This document shows, piece after piece, positions 1 through 9,641 of a DNA stretch of 64,000 nt. Origin of the DNA: Candidatus Ozemobacteraceae bacterium (lineage in GTDB: Bacteria; Muiribacteriota; Ozemobacteria; Ozemobacterales; Ozemobacteraceae); the NCBI GenBank assembly GCA_965140445.1, contig OZ223236.1, positions 4,576,001 to 4,640,000 on the forward strand. Reading direction: 5' to 3'. The notes below the pieces were generated by a model, which was given only the letters and a program-made list of their open reading frames with translations, was not told where the DNA came from and ran no database searches. Made by a program: the position numbers and the translations under genes. Position 1 is the stretch's first letter; each line of letters starts with the position of its first letter.

Positions 1-1
1 A

Positions 2-754
2 GGTAAAATTCTCTTTGTCGACATAGACAAGTCTGGAAAAACCTATTTGGCATCAATCAACCCAAATGGGACTGAAAAAACCAGACTTACCCCACCCTAT
101 AACAACTTAATGTTTCCAAGATTTAATGAAAAATCTGGGTGGATAGGTTTTACCAACAAAACACCAGATATGAAATCTGAAATTTATCTTTTAAACAAAT
201 CCGGTAAAAAAATCAAAAAGATTCTTACTGATGCTGCGCTTGAAGATTTTTCTCCTGACGGAAAATTCTTTTTATTCACAAGCTGTAATGGCAAAGGCGA
301 ATTATTTGTCTACAGCCTTCAGAGAAAAAGAGCCGTTAAGATATCTCAAAATCTGAAAATTGTTAGTGCAGCCTGGTCTCCTAAGAAGGAATGGATAGCA
401 GTGTCTGCTCTAGAGGCAGATGGGTCTACTGATCTGTATTTGATTTCTTCAATAGCAATGGGAATAAAGCGTATAACACAAACCCCTGGAATAAATGAAG
501 CATTCCCCAGCTTCACAAATGATGGAAAATATATGATCTATTTCACAAACCAGTCAGGCAAAAACAAAATCGTTTATAGAGAAATAGAAACCAACAAGAT
601 TCAGGAACCATTAATTTCAGGCACCCATCCTTCATTATCTCCAAACAATGAATGGATAGTTTTCCAAACAGGAAAAACCATAGGAATATCAAGGACTGAT
701 GGGCTTAACCAACAAACTTTGGTTCCAGGAAAGACTCCAGTCTGGATTAAATAA
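2..754 (+). CDS. TolB-like / PD40 beta-propeller protein (5' truncated by window edge)
   Basis: Repeated FSPDGK, WSPKKEWIA, PSFTNDGK, PSLSPNNEWI motifs; frame stays open upstream of the tracked start at 47 back to position 2 (GKILFVDID...). Confidence 0.8.
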   Translation, partial: GKILFVDIDKSGKTYLASINPNGTEKTRLTPPYNNLMFPRFNEKSGWIGFTNKTPDMKSEIYLLNKSGKKIKKILTDAALEDFSPDGKFFLFTSCNGKGELFVYSLQRKRAVKISQNLKIVSAAWSPKKEWIAVSALEADGSTDLYLISSIAMGIKRITQTPGINEAFPSFTNDGKYMIYFTNQSGKNKIVYREIETNKIQEPLISGTHPSLSPNNEWIVFQTGKTIGISRTDGLNQQTLVPGKTPVWIK

Positions 755-756
755 GA

Positions 757-785
757 TTGACCTCATAAAGAAGGAATTGTAATAT
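757..785 (+). promoter_or_regulatory. Putative sigma70 promoter of usp gene
   Basis: TTGACC-17 nt-TAATAT upstream of RBS GGGAAGG and ATG 817. Confidence 0.45.
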
Positions 786-816
786 ACCAATATATTAAGT
801 TAGGGAAGGTTCTTCG

Positions 817-1263
817 ATGATTACAATAAAAAAAATTCTTGTACCCGTTGATTTCTCAGAAGGTTCGAAGCTTGCATTGAGATATGCTGCAACTTTTGCA
901 TCTGAATACGGAGCGCAAATTCACCTTTTGAACGTAATCGAAGAGGAGGCTCTTCATCCAGGTAACTTTGACGATCCACTTGGAACTAATTCCAAATGGG
1001 AACAAGAAAATTTGAAAGCTTTGAATGAATTTGTTCCAGAAAAATTTAACGATCTGGACATAATAAAAAAAGTTAAGGGCGGCCTGGTTTACGAAGCAAT
1101 TATAGATTACGCAGCTGAAGAAAATGCGAATCTTATAATTCTTGGAGCTCATGGAAAGTCAGGATACATTGATTCATGGCTTGGCGGAACCAGCTACGAA
1201 ATTTCTAAAAAAGCACCTTGTGCAGTTTTAACAGTAAAACCAGACGGAAAAGGCTTCGTATAA
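817..1263 (+). CDS. Universal stress protein (UspA family)
   Basis: KKILVPVDFS N-terminus; LIILGAHGKSG...LGGTS..ISKKAPCAVLTV C-terminal signature. Confidence 0.93.
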   Translation: MITIKKILVPVDFSEGSKLALRYAATFASEYGAQIHLLNVIEEEALHPGNFDDPLGTNSKWEQENLKALNEFVPEKFNDLDIIKKVKGGLVYEAIIDYAAEENANLIILGAHGKSGYIDSWLGGTSYEISKKAPCAVLTVKPDGKGFV

Positions 1264-1283
1264 AAAATAATTAGGAAAATACT

Positions 1284-3527
1284 TTATTTTCCAGATTTAA
1301 AGACTTCAATAATCCTGTTCAAGTCCTTTGCGACTTGAACAGGATTTTCTTTTGGTCCAATCGCAATATCTATCTGAACAGAACTACTCCCCTTCTTGCT
1401 AATATTCGCTATATGATCCTGCAAGAAAAGCCCAGACAATCCGTTTCCAACATTCAACATAAAAAACTGGTCGTTATGAGAATTACACACAATTCCATTT
1501 GAACTCAAGGCGCTTGGAAACCTGCTAAGAGAAACCAGCGGGTTCCATGAACCTGGAATTCTGATAGCCTTGATATTATCTGGTAAACGCTCATCCTTCC
1601 ATTCAGGAGAAATTGTTGCGCTTAAATTTTTTGACAGGATAAATCTCAGGCTTTCTGAATTGGCAATATTAAAACACCAATCAATTCTAAACTCTCTATC
1701 GGGAAACATTCTTTTTAACTCAAACACCTCCCAACTCATACAAAGAAAACTTCTTGTTTGAGATTCCCTGATTCTGTAGCAGGTCTCTTTAAATTGAGAT
1801 TCATTCAAAGAAGGGGGAATCCACAATTCATAAGAATTTCCAACAATTTTCTGTGACTTTTCAAGATCACCATGCAATGGCAACACCCATTTGTCGGGAT
1901 GTATATCTCGCACAAAAGGAAAGGACTGATTCCAAACCCTGATAAAAACTTCCTGCTTATTGCTCTTGTCAATAACATCAATTCTTGAATCAGAATCACT
2001 TTCAACCGATTGAATCAATTTAATCAAACCGCCACCCATTTCTGGCTTTATTCTAGGTGGAGCAATGTTTTCCAATTTATTCAGAGTTTCAACCAGTCGT
2101 TTTTTGAGTTTTTTCAAAGAACCGGCTGAAATAAACAGCTTTTCTCCCAATGCAAGCATTACATTGCGGCCAGACTGAAAATTCTCGCCGAGAATCTTGA
2201 ATTTTTCTTCAATGATTCCCTGCTCCAAACCAGTCTTAACAGCGTATTGCAATTTTTCATAGGTCTTGAGTCTGCCAGGGTGCCCATTAATTTTAAACTC
2301 AACAGCCAAAGGTTGCCCATCATGACCTGACCAGAACAAATCTACTGGTCTTCGTTCCCAGTTCCTGTCCCAAAGAGGCTCCCAACTTCCTTCATCAGAG
2401 TTACCGCTTCTACGAATCTCTGTCCCCGCTTTGAGGCGTCCAGAAATCCCTCTGACCCAGGCATTGTTCTGCCCCTCTTTTTTTACCCAGGTGACCCTGG
2501 TTCCAACCTTCTGCCCGTCGACATACCAGAAAATTCCATCCCCGGGTTTAACTTCTTTTATTAAGCGCAGTTCATTCAAACCAGACTTGCTTTTTCCTGT
2601 GACAACGGCAATTACAACTCCGTCTCTGCCAGGAGTGTATTCAGTGTTCCATCCTTTAAGATTCTCACCAGCAGCAAATCCTTCATGAGAAGCCCTTGAA
2701 AAAACCTCATCAAGAGTATCAACATTCTGTTCTTTTCCAAGTAATGCGTTTTTATAGCTTTTGACAACCTGATAAACATATTCAGGGCTTTTCATTCTTC
2801 CTTCAATTTTCAGGGAAGCCACACCGCAATCTTCCAGCTCATTAGCATATTTTATAAGCCGCATATCTTTTGGACTAAAGAAAAAACCTTTTTCAGATGA
2901 GTCGTCAATGTAATTGTATTCTCGCCTGCACGGTTGCGCACAAGTTCCTCTGTTTCCTGATCTTTTGCCAAGAGCGGCACTCCAGTAGCATCTTCCTGAC
3001 ACGCTATAGCACATAGCCCCATGAACAAAAGTTTCAATCTCAAATGAGGATTTTCTGGAAACAGCCTTGATTTCTTCCAAGGTCATTTCCCGAGGTAAAA
3101 TAACTCTAGTTATTCCAAGTGCTTTTAACTCTTCCTCACCACCAACTCCCCACCAGGCTCCTTGAGTACTTAGATGCAACGGAATCAATGAACCGCGTTT
3201 GCGAATTACATTAGCCACTCCCAGATCCTGAATTATTAAGGCATCTGGCTGAAGTCTTTCATAAAAATCAATAGCATCTTCAAAAAGTTTCCATTCATGA
3301 TCATAAACAATTGTATTAAGAGTGATATAAAGTTTTCTATTCAGAGCGCAAGTTACTCTTCGGGCCCATCTTAAGCCTTTTTCATCGAAATTGGGCGCGA
3401 AAGCCCTTGCCCCAAACCTTTTGCCAGCGAGATATATAGCGTCTGCGCCAGCAATTAAAGCGGCTTTCAAGGAGTTAAAATCTCCTGCAGGAGCAAGTAA
3501 TTCAATTTTATTTTCTTTGCTGCTCAA
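1284..3527 (-). CDS. U32 peptidase-family Fe-S protein (RlhA/YdcP-like RNA hydroxylase, long form)
   Basis: ELLAPAG, GADAIYL, HLSTQ, HGAMCYSVSGRC, RGTCAQPCR, SLKIEGRMKS motifs; long C-terminal extension; TTG start overlaps aroQ stop. Confidence 0.88.
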   Translation of the reverse strand: MSSKENKIELLAPAGDFNSLKAALIAGADAIYLAGKRFGARAFAPNFDEKGLRWARRVTCALNRKLYITLNTIVYDHEWKLFEDAIDFYERLQPDALIIQDLGVANVIRKRGSLIPLHLSTQGAWWGVGGEEELKALGITRVILPREMTLEEIKAVSRKSSFEIETFVHGAMCYSVSGRCYWSAALGKRSGNRGTCAQPCRREYNYIDDSSEKGFFFSPKDMRLIKYANELEDCGVASLKIEGRMKSPEYVYQVVKSYKNALLGKEQNVDTLDEVFSRASHEGFAAGENLKGWNTEYTPGRDGVVIAVVTGKSKSGLNELRLIKEVKPGDGIFWYVDGQKVGTRVTWVKKEGQNNAWVRGISGRLKAGTEIRRSGNSDEGSWEPLWDRNWERRPVDLFWSGHDGQPLAVEFKINGHPGRLKTYEKLQYAVKTGLEQGIIEEKFKILGENFQSGRNVMLALGEKLFISAGSLKKLKKRLVETLNKLENIAPPRIKPEMGGGLIKLIQSVESDSDSRIDVIDKSNKQEVFIRVWNQSFPFVRDIHPDKWVLPLHGDLEKSQKIVGNSYELWIPPSLNESQFKETCYRIRESQTRSFLCMSWEVFELKRMFPDREFRIDWCFNIANSESLRFILSKNLSATISPEWKDERLPDNIKAIRIPGSWNPLVSLSRFPSALSSNGIVCNSHNDQFFMLNVGNGLSGLFLQDHIANISKKGSSSVQIDIAIGPKENPVQVAKDLNRIIEVFKSGK

Positions 3528-3964
3528 GCCTTGTTTATCCCTTCCGAAAAGGCGATTAAAGCTAATTTATACGAGATAAATCCCATCCCTGAAATTGCCC
3601 CAACACATGCTCCGGCTACAATTGATCTATGCCTGAACTCTTCTCTTGCAGCAATATTAGATAAATGAACTTCTACCACTGAAATGTTTAAGCCAGCAAT
3701 GCAATCTCTTATAGCAATACTATAATGGGAAAACGCACCAGGGTTTATTATAACCATTGATTTATCTTTCAGAGATTGAAGGAAATCAATAATCTCCCCC
3801 TCATGGTTACTCTGAAAAAAAACAGTTTCGAATCCTAACCTTTCACCTTCAGTTCGGACAAACTCATTCAAATCTTCAAGAGTTTGATTCCCATAAACGT
3901 CCGGCTCTCTTTTTCCTAAGAGATTTAGGTTTGGACCATTTACTACATAAACTGTTCTCATCAT
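3524..3964 (-). CDS. aroQ: Type II 3-dehydroquinate dehydratase
   Basis: NGPNLNLLGKREPDVYG, QSNHEG, INPGAFSHYS, EVHLSNIAAREEFRH. Confidence 0.97.
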   Translation of the reverse strand: MMRTVYVVNGPNLNLLGKREPDVYGNQTLEDLNEFVRTEGERLGFETVFFQSNHEGEIIDFLQSLKDKSMVIINPGAFSHYSIAIRDCIAGLNISVVEVHLSNIAAREEFRHRSIVAGACVGAISGMGFISYKLALIAFSEGINKA

Positions 3965-5115
3965 TCACCGCCCATCGGAAAAAAAATACACTCTAGAATA
4001 CTATACGAAAGTCTCATAAAATCCACTAATTCCATTGCGGATTTGATGCTTAAAAGCTTCTTAACAAATCTCCAATTACTTTTCCAGAAATGCAAAGATA
4101 CATTTCTCATTGAACTTCCATTCCATTTGGCAGAATCGGTAAAGCTAATATTGTTTACCAACCTTAGCAATCTTGAACTATTTGGATCCATTAAAAAACT
4201 GGGTTGAAGATAAATCCCCGATTCAACTCCTGATTTTTTAATGTCATCAAAAATAGCCTTAGCTTGTTCAAAAGTATTTTTCTTATAAAATTGACTTAAA
4301 TCACCACTAAACCAGATTTGCTTCAGTGGATTTCCTGGCCAGGTCTTTATTCTCTCTACGAATTCCCAGTCTGAAACAAAAACCCCAAAATCAACTTTTA
4401 TACTCCAGCACAATGTTCTTAAAAGATGTATGTGCTCCGGGTTATTTCCAAGATAGTTGAATTGAAAGGATTTATACCCATACCTGGTTAACCAGGCAAG
4501 AAGGCTTTTTATCCAGTCTTCGTCAAAGCTTTCAAACTCAATAGAGCTGTTGTCCAGCATGCCCATCCAGGGTTTTGAAATATCCAAAGTTTTTCCTGAC
4601 AGAGTTCTCTCAACGGAAGACCGAAAATCAAAGTTATGAAAGCAATTTCTATCCGGGATGGGCAACTTTGTTTTAACATCTTCTTCAAGGGTATCAATAT
4701 ATCCTTTAACCGGCATTCCTCTGAGTATCCGTAAAATAGCTGTGGCGCCAGTTCCAAAAACAGTAAAATTAAAGTGTCTGGCAAAAAATTCTGCCCTCTG
4801 CCCAGCGAGTCCTATTGAAACACCTGGAAAAGCTGAACGTAAAGTCTTAAAGTAGCTTTCAACAGTCGCTTCATCAAAAAAAGAAGACTCTTGCAGCACT
4901 ACAGCAAGAACTTTGGAAGTATCTATTCCATAAAAGTCCTCGCTGGAAAATTCAGCAGGAACACTCTTCACTGAAACTCTTTTGGGAGCTAGCTCTTGAA
5001 GGCAAAATAGCCCCAGCGGAGCAACTAACTGGCTGCTGCGCCAAAACGGGACATTTCTATTCTTTGAATTATCAAAAACATTAAGAAGAATTATTTCAGG
5101 TTGGGACGGTTCCAT
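3961..5115 (-). CDS. Degenerate B12-binding radical-SAM-like protein lacking CxxxCxxC
   Basis: APLGL, GLAGQRA, FTVFGTGATAILRIL, LPIPDR resemble the class B radical SAM N-terminal domain (PLGL / GGxH / GEGE / LPxP); the expected SRGCxxxCxFC is replaced by SKPWMGMLDNS. Confidence 0.55.
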   Translation of the reverse strand: MEPSQPEIILLNVFDNSKNRNVPFWRSSQLVAPLGLFCLQELAPKRVSVKSVPAEFSSEDFYGIDTSKVLAVVLQESSFFDEATVESYFKTLRSAFPGVSIGLAGQRAEFFARHFNFTVFGTGATAILRILRGMPVKGYIDTLEEDVKTKLPIPDRNCFHNFDFRSSVERTLSGKTLDISKPWMGMLDNSSIEFESFDEDWIKSLLAWLTRYGYKSFQFNYLGNNPEHIHLLRTLCWSIKVDFGVFVSDWEFVERIKTWPGNPLKQIWFSGDLSQFYKKNTFEQAKAIFDDIKKSGVESGIYLQPSFLMDPNSSRLLRLVNNISFTDSAKWNGSSMRNVSLHFWKSNWRFVKKLLSIKSAMELVDFMRLSYSILECIFFPMGGE

Positions 5116-5185
5116 TTTTGTTTCAGCTAATTTAGAGTATAGTAGATTTTAACACAATTTTTGAAAATGTAGGCGATTAACGTTT

Positions 5186-6046
5186 ATGATATGGGTCATT
5201 GGACGCTCAGGTCTTCTTGGGTCAACTTTTGTAAGCTATTTAAAAGGAACTAATCTCTCCTTTACCGCTACTGGAAGAGAAGTAGATATTTCAAATATTG
5301 ATCTTTTGAATTCAAATTTTAATGAAATTAAGCCTGATTTGATAATCAACTGTTCAGGTTTTACTGACGTTGAAGCAGCCGAAACCAACCAATATCTTGC
5401 CGAACAGCTTAATTTCACTGGAGTTTCAAACCTTTCTAAAGTTGCTTTTGAAAAAAAAATCCAACTGATACATTTTTCGACAGACTATGTTTTTGATGGT
5501 AAAAAAAAGACCCCATACAATGAGAAAGATACGCCTTCTCCGCTATCAATATACGGAAAAACCAAACTCAGAGGCGAAGAGGTTCTTCTAAAAACAAGTC
5601 CTGACAACCTTCTGATTAGAGTTAGCTGGCTTTACAATCATACCGGAAAAGGATTCATTAATAGAGTTATTGAAATTCTACTAAACAAACCTGCCATTCA
5701 AATGGTTAATGATCAAACAAGTAGCCCAACATGCGCAGAAAATCTTGTCCATGCAATTATCAATCTTTACCAAAAAGCAACCTTGCCGACAGGAATATTT
5801 CACTATCAAGATTCCGGGTTTGCTTCCAGATATGAAATTACATGCTTTCTGGCAGAAACTCTTGCTAAAAAACATCCTGAAAAGAGAATAGCGGAGGTTT
5901 TACCCTGCCAGACAAGTCAACAAAACGACATTGCGTCAAGACCCGTTTTTTCTGCATTAGATTGTTCTAAATTCCAGGAATCTTTCAATTGTAAAATTAA
6001 TCATTGGAAAAAAAATCTTAGCGACTATATAGGTATAAAATATTGA
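5186..6046 (+). CDS. rfbD: dTDP-4-dehydrorhamnose reductase
   Basis: GRSGLLG, TDVEAAE, HFSTDYVFDG, YGKTK, DQTSSPT. Confidence 0.95.
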   Translation: MIWVIGRSGLLGSTFVSYLKGTNLSFTATGREVDISNIDLLNSNFNEIKPDLIINCSGFTDVEAAETNQYLAEQLNFTGVSNLSKVAFEKKIQLIHFSTDYVFDGKKKTPYNEKDTPSPLSIYGKTKLRGEEVLLKTSPDNLLIRVSWLYNHTGKGFINRVIEILLNKPAIQMVNDQTSSPTCAENLVHAIINLYQKATLPTGIFHYQDSGFASRYEITCFLAETLAKKHPEKRIAEVLPCQTSQQNDIASRPVFSALDCSKFQESFNCKINHWKKNLSDYIGIKY

Positions 6047-6588
6047 AAATATCCAATCTAAAACTAAATGGAGCATTTATTCTCAAACCTGAAATTCATT
6101 CAGACAAAAGAGGACTTTTTTTTGAAGTTTTTCGTCAATCAGATTTAGCTTCATATGGTATTCCAACAAATTTTTTGCAAACAAATAGATCAATTTCTTA
6201 TAGAAATGTGATTCGTGGACTTCATTTTCAAAACCCGGGCTCACAAGGCAAATTGATTCAAATCTTATCAGGAAAGATTTTTGAAGTAATTGTGGATTTA
6301 AGAAAATCTTCTCCAACATTTTTAAGCTGGGAAACCATTATTCTTGAAAGTTCAAACTATGAATCTGTTTACGTTCCCGAAGGTTGTGCCCATGGTTTTG
6401 CGGTTTTAAGTGAAACTTCTGATATTCTTTATTCATGCACGGATTATTACAAAGTCGAAAATGAAAAAGGAATTAGATTTGACGATCCTGATTTAGGAAT
6501 TCCATGGCCAGTTAAACAGCCCATCCTTTCAGAGAAAGATGCCAGCTTACCTTTCATAAAAGAACTGGGCTCAAATTTATTTACATGA
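6043..6588 (+). CDS. rfbC: dTDP-4-dehydrorhamnose 3,5-epimerase
   Basis: DKRGLFFE, RGLHFQ, QGKL, VDLRKSSPTF, AHGF, DPDLGIPWP, LSEKD. Confidence 0.96.
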   Translation: MKISNLKLNGAFILKPEIHSDKRGLFFEVFRQSDLASYGIPTNFLQTNRSISYRNVIRGLHFQNPGSQGKLIQILSGKIFEVIVDLRKSSPTFLSWETIILESSNYESVYVPEGCAHGFAVLSETSDILYSCTDYYKVENEKGIRFDDPDLGIPWPVKQPILSEKDASLPFIKELGSNLFT

Positions 6589-6647
6589 CCAGTTTTTATT
6601 GTTAGTATCTTTGAAAAGCGTGCAGCAAATATTGTCGGAGAACCTTA

Positions 6648-7559
6648 ATGATAGCACCCATTTTCAGCAGTTTGCGTCCAAAGCAATGGACAAAGAATCT
6701 TGTCCTGTTCGCAGGACTGATGTTCTCTGAAAAAAGCCTTCTTTTCACAGCAACTGGCTGGCTTCATGGCTTAGCAGGCTTTTTCCTTTTCTGTGGGCTT
6801 TCTGGAAGCGTCTATTTACTAAACGATCTTGCAGATATTGAAAAAGACAAGCTTCACCCTGAAAAAAGCAAAAGACCAATCCCTTCCGGGCAAATTAGCA
6901 TTACAGAAGCCAAAACAGCTCTCCTGCTCTTACTTTTCATCTGTCTGGCTGGCTCATACAAGCTTTCAGGACTTTTCTTTTCTACTGCCCTATCCTATTT
7001 CATGTTAAATCTAGCATACAGTTTTAAGCTTAAGCATATCGTGATCCTGGACGTAATGTGTATTGCAATTGGTTTTGTATTGCGAGCAGTAGCTGGAGTA
7101 GCCGCTTTAAAACACATTGATTCGGGTATCTATATCTCTCACTGGCTGCTAATTTCAACCCTCATGCTGGCAATGTTTTTAGGCCTGGTTAAACGAAGGC
7201 AGGAAATTTCCAAACTCCAGGAAGAAGCTTCAAAACACAGAAAAATTCTGGAACATTACTCGTTGGCATATATTGATCAAATGACCTCAATCCTGGCCGC
7301 CACTTCTATTCTGACCTATTCTTTTTATACAGTTAGTGCAGATACAATCGAAAAATTCCATACAACCAATTTAATCTATACAGTTCCCATGGTCATTTAT
7401 GGAATAATGAGATACTTATACCTTATCCACATAAAGTCGCTAGGTGACAACCCGTCTGAGGTTGTTTTAAACGATCGCCCAATGCAGATAAATCTACTTA
7501 TCTGGGTAATTACAATCTTCATAGTCATTCACCTTCCAAAACTTGGAGTAACGTTTTAA
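6648..7559 (+). CDS. UbiA-family polyprenyl-phosphate phosphoribosyltransferase (DPPR synthase-like)
   Basis: LRPKQWTKN, YLLNDLADIEKDKLHPEKSKRPIPSG, GFVLRAVAG, KRRQE, YGIMRY. Confidence 0.88.
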   Translation: MIAPIFSSLRPKQWTKNLVLFAGLMFSEKSLLFTATGWLHGLAGFFLFCGLSGSVYLLNDLADIEKDKLHPEKSKRPIPSGQISITEAKTALLLLLFICLAGSYKLSGLFFSTALSYFMLNLAYSFKLKHIVILDVMCIAIGFVLRAVAGVAALKHIDSGIYISHWLLISTLMLAMFLGLVKRRQEISKLQEEASKHRKILEHYSLAYIDQMTSILAATSILTYSFYTVSADTIEKFHTTNLIYTVPMVIYGIMRYLYLIHIKSLGDNPSEVVLNDRPMQINLLIWVITIFIVIHLPKLGVTF

Positions 7560-8425
7560 TGTCTGTAAATTCAGAAAGCGATTATGGCTTCACCCTAAGT
7601 CATGTAGTTGAAGCATCAAAAAAATACCGCAGCTTTGCAATTTTCCTGATCATACTATGTGTTTTATTGGAAATCTGGTTTCTAAAATATCCTCCAAGAG
7701 GCATGATTACAACCGATGTAATTGTTCTTGGAACAGTAAAAGGACAACCATTGGTTTCCTTTGAGCAAATATGGAAAAGATTTGTTTTTGATGACAATTT
7801 TCTTTTGGAAACAGCTGAAAAATCGGGCTTCTTTACTAACCAATCTCCTGAAGAAAAGCTGGCATTGCTTGGAAAAATACGCAAGAGTCTTTCTTTTGAA
7901 ATAGAAAAGGATTATTTTGTAAAAATTTCCTTTCGCCAGCCTGGAGCAAAAAAAGTTAGAACATTTTTAAATTCCTTTACTGAAAGTCTGGTAAAAAAAC
8001 TTGAATTGATTATAAGTGAAGAGTTTGATCAAAAAAAGGAAAGTGCTGAAAAAAATCTTTTACAGCTCGAAAATAGAGCGAAGTTTTTAAAGCAAGCCTT
8101 TAATATTAACTTTGATGAAAACATTATTGGGAAAATAGTAAAAAATAGCTTTCTTACTATTTGCGGAGATTTTCTGGAAAATGAGTTAACCATTCCTCTC
8201 CATAATGCCAAAAAAAATCTATTAATTTACACCTATGATAAATGGAACTTTCTTTCTCTATACCCAAGAAAGCCTCAGATTCTAACAGATAAAAAAACCC
8301 AGCCTCAGCCAATTCAACCATTCTATGTATTGTTCTTGATGCTTATTCCAGTTGGAATCTTTTTTATGTATGCTGGAGTTATGGTTATAATCTCTCAACA
8401 AAGAATTGGTATTTGTAAAGATTAA
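7559..8425 (+). CDS. Wzz-like polysaccharide co-polymerase / chain-length regulator (divergent)
   Basis: TM helix near each end, central coiled-coil segment, Pro-rich motif (QPQPIQP) before TM2; glycan operon context. Confidence 0.55.
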   Translation: MSVNSESDYGFTLSHVVEASKKYRSFAIFLIILCVLLEIWFLKYPPRGMITTDVIVLGTVKGQPLVSFEQIWKRFVFDDNFLLETAEKSGFFTNQSPEEKLALLGKIRKSLSFEIEKDYFVKISFRQPGAKKVRTFLNSFTESLVKKLELIISEEFDQKKESAEKNLLQLENRAKFLKQAFNINFDENIIGKIVKNSFLTICGDFLENELTIPLHNAKKNLLIYTYDKWNFLSLYPRKPQILTDKKTQPQPIQPFYVLFLMLIPVGIFFMYAGVMVIISQQRIGICKD

Positions 8426-9618
8426 TGAGTCATGCAAACCAGAATACGAATTCGGCGTTAGATTTATTTCTAAAAGCTTTTTTTATCCTTATGCCTTTTG
8501 GGGTTCCTCTTTTTGCGAGACTTGTACCCTCGGATTTTTTTATCCTCGCCGCATCTTTTTCTATTTTTTTCAGTCATAAAAGAAAAAACTTAAAGCTCTG
8601 CCGATTAGATGGGCTTTTTTTAATATTCCTTGGCGTAAGCGTTTTTGGAAAAGAGGCTTTTTTCTATCCTCGCTCTTTTATCTTTGAAGTTAGCTCTATA
8701 ATATTCCTCTACTTTTCTTTGAGAATAGTTTCAAGTGAAATCCCCAATGAAGAGAAGCTGGAATCTTTTCTAAATCTGCTAAGAATATCTTTTATTGCAA
8801 TGCTGGCAGTTAACACTGTCGCAATTTTTTTTAAATTAGCTGGCTTTAAACTTTTCAATACAATTCTATTTAATCCAACATTAAGATTAAAAGGAGCATT
8901 TAGCCTCCCAAACCAACTTGGCATAACAATACTGCTGCTTGCCCCAATCGTTTTCTATAAAGGAACAGATGGGTTAGTTAAACGCATGTTGATTTTTTCT
9001 ATGATGCTGTTAAACACAACGGAAATTGGGGCTCGTGGAATTTTTTGGATTTCAATCATGGAAATTGCAATTATTGAGCTGTTTATTTTCAAAGAAGTAA
9101 AGCTAAAAAAGAACCTTTTAAAAATGCTGGTTCTATCTGTTACTGTCGTAACGGTTTTTTGCATTTTAAGCGGGGAATTCAGTTTAAAAAGAAGTCTGGG
9201 GCAAATAAAAAACTTCCCCATGGCCTATGACGAATCGAGAATTTCAACTTTTCGAAAAGCCGTCAATACTATGCCAGATTGGCTAACCGGCTATGGCCTG
9301 GGTTGCTTTAAAAACAATCACCCATTTGAAATCCACAACCTGCCAATTAGTATTTTAGTTGAAACTGGTATATTTGGTTTTTCAATAGCTTTGATTGGCT
9401 ACATCTTATCAACCTTGCATATATTTATCAGGCAAAAGGTTTATTCCATTCCTAACTTTTACCCATGCTTCAAGATGAGCATCCTTGTTGGACTAACAAT
9501 TGGAATGCTTCACAATATAACAACGAATAGATGTTTCTGGTTGATTCTTACAATTTCCTATGCTGTTTCCAATTTCAAAACTTTGGAAAATGACAGAAGA
9601 GATGTTTTGAAGCTCTGA
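8425..9618 (+). CDS. O-antigen ligase/polymerase family (WaaL/Wzy_C) membrane protein
   Basis: Multi-TM; RLKGAFSLPNQLG, GARG, SRIST, GYGLGCF, HNL...LVETGIFG. Confidence 0.82.
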   Translation: MSHANQNTNSALDLFLKAFFILMPFGVPLFARLVPSDFFILAASFSIFFSHKRKNLKLCRLDGLFLIFLGVSVFGKEAFFYPRSFIFEVSSIIFLYFSLRIVSSEIPNEEKLESFLNLLRISFIAMLAVNTVAIFFKLAGFKLFNTILFNPTLRLKGAFSLPNQLGITILLLAPIVFYKGTDGLVKRMLIFSMMLLNTTEIGARGIFWISIMEIAIIELFIFKEVKLKKNLLKMLVLSVTVVTVFCILSGEFSLKRSLGQIKNFPMAYDESRISTFRKAVNTMPDWLTGYGLGCFKNNHPFEIHNLPISILVETGIFGFSIALIGYILSTLHIFIRQKVYSIPNFYPCFKMSILVGLTIGMLHNITTNRCFWLILTISYAVSNFKTLENDRRDVLKL

Positions 9619-9641
9619 AAATAATTTAGCAAGGCAGGTTT

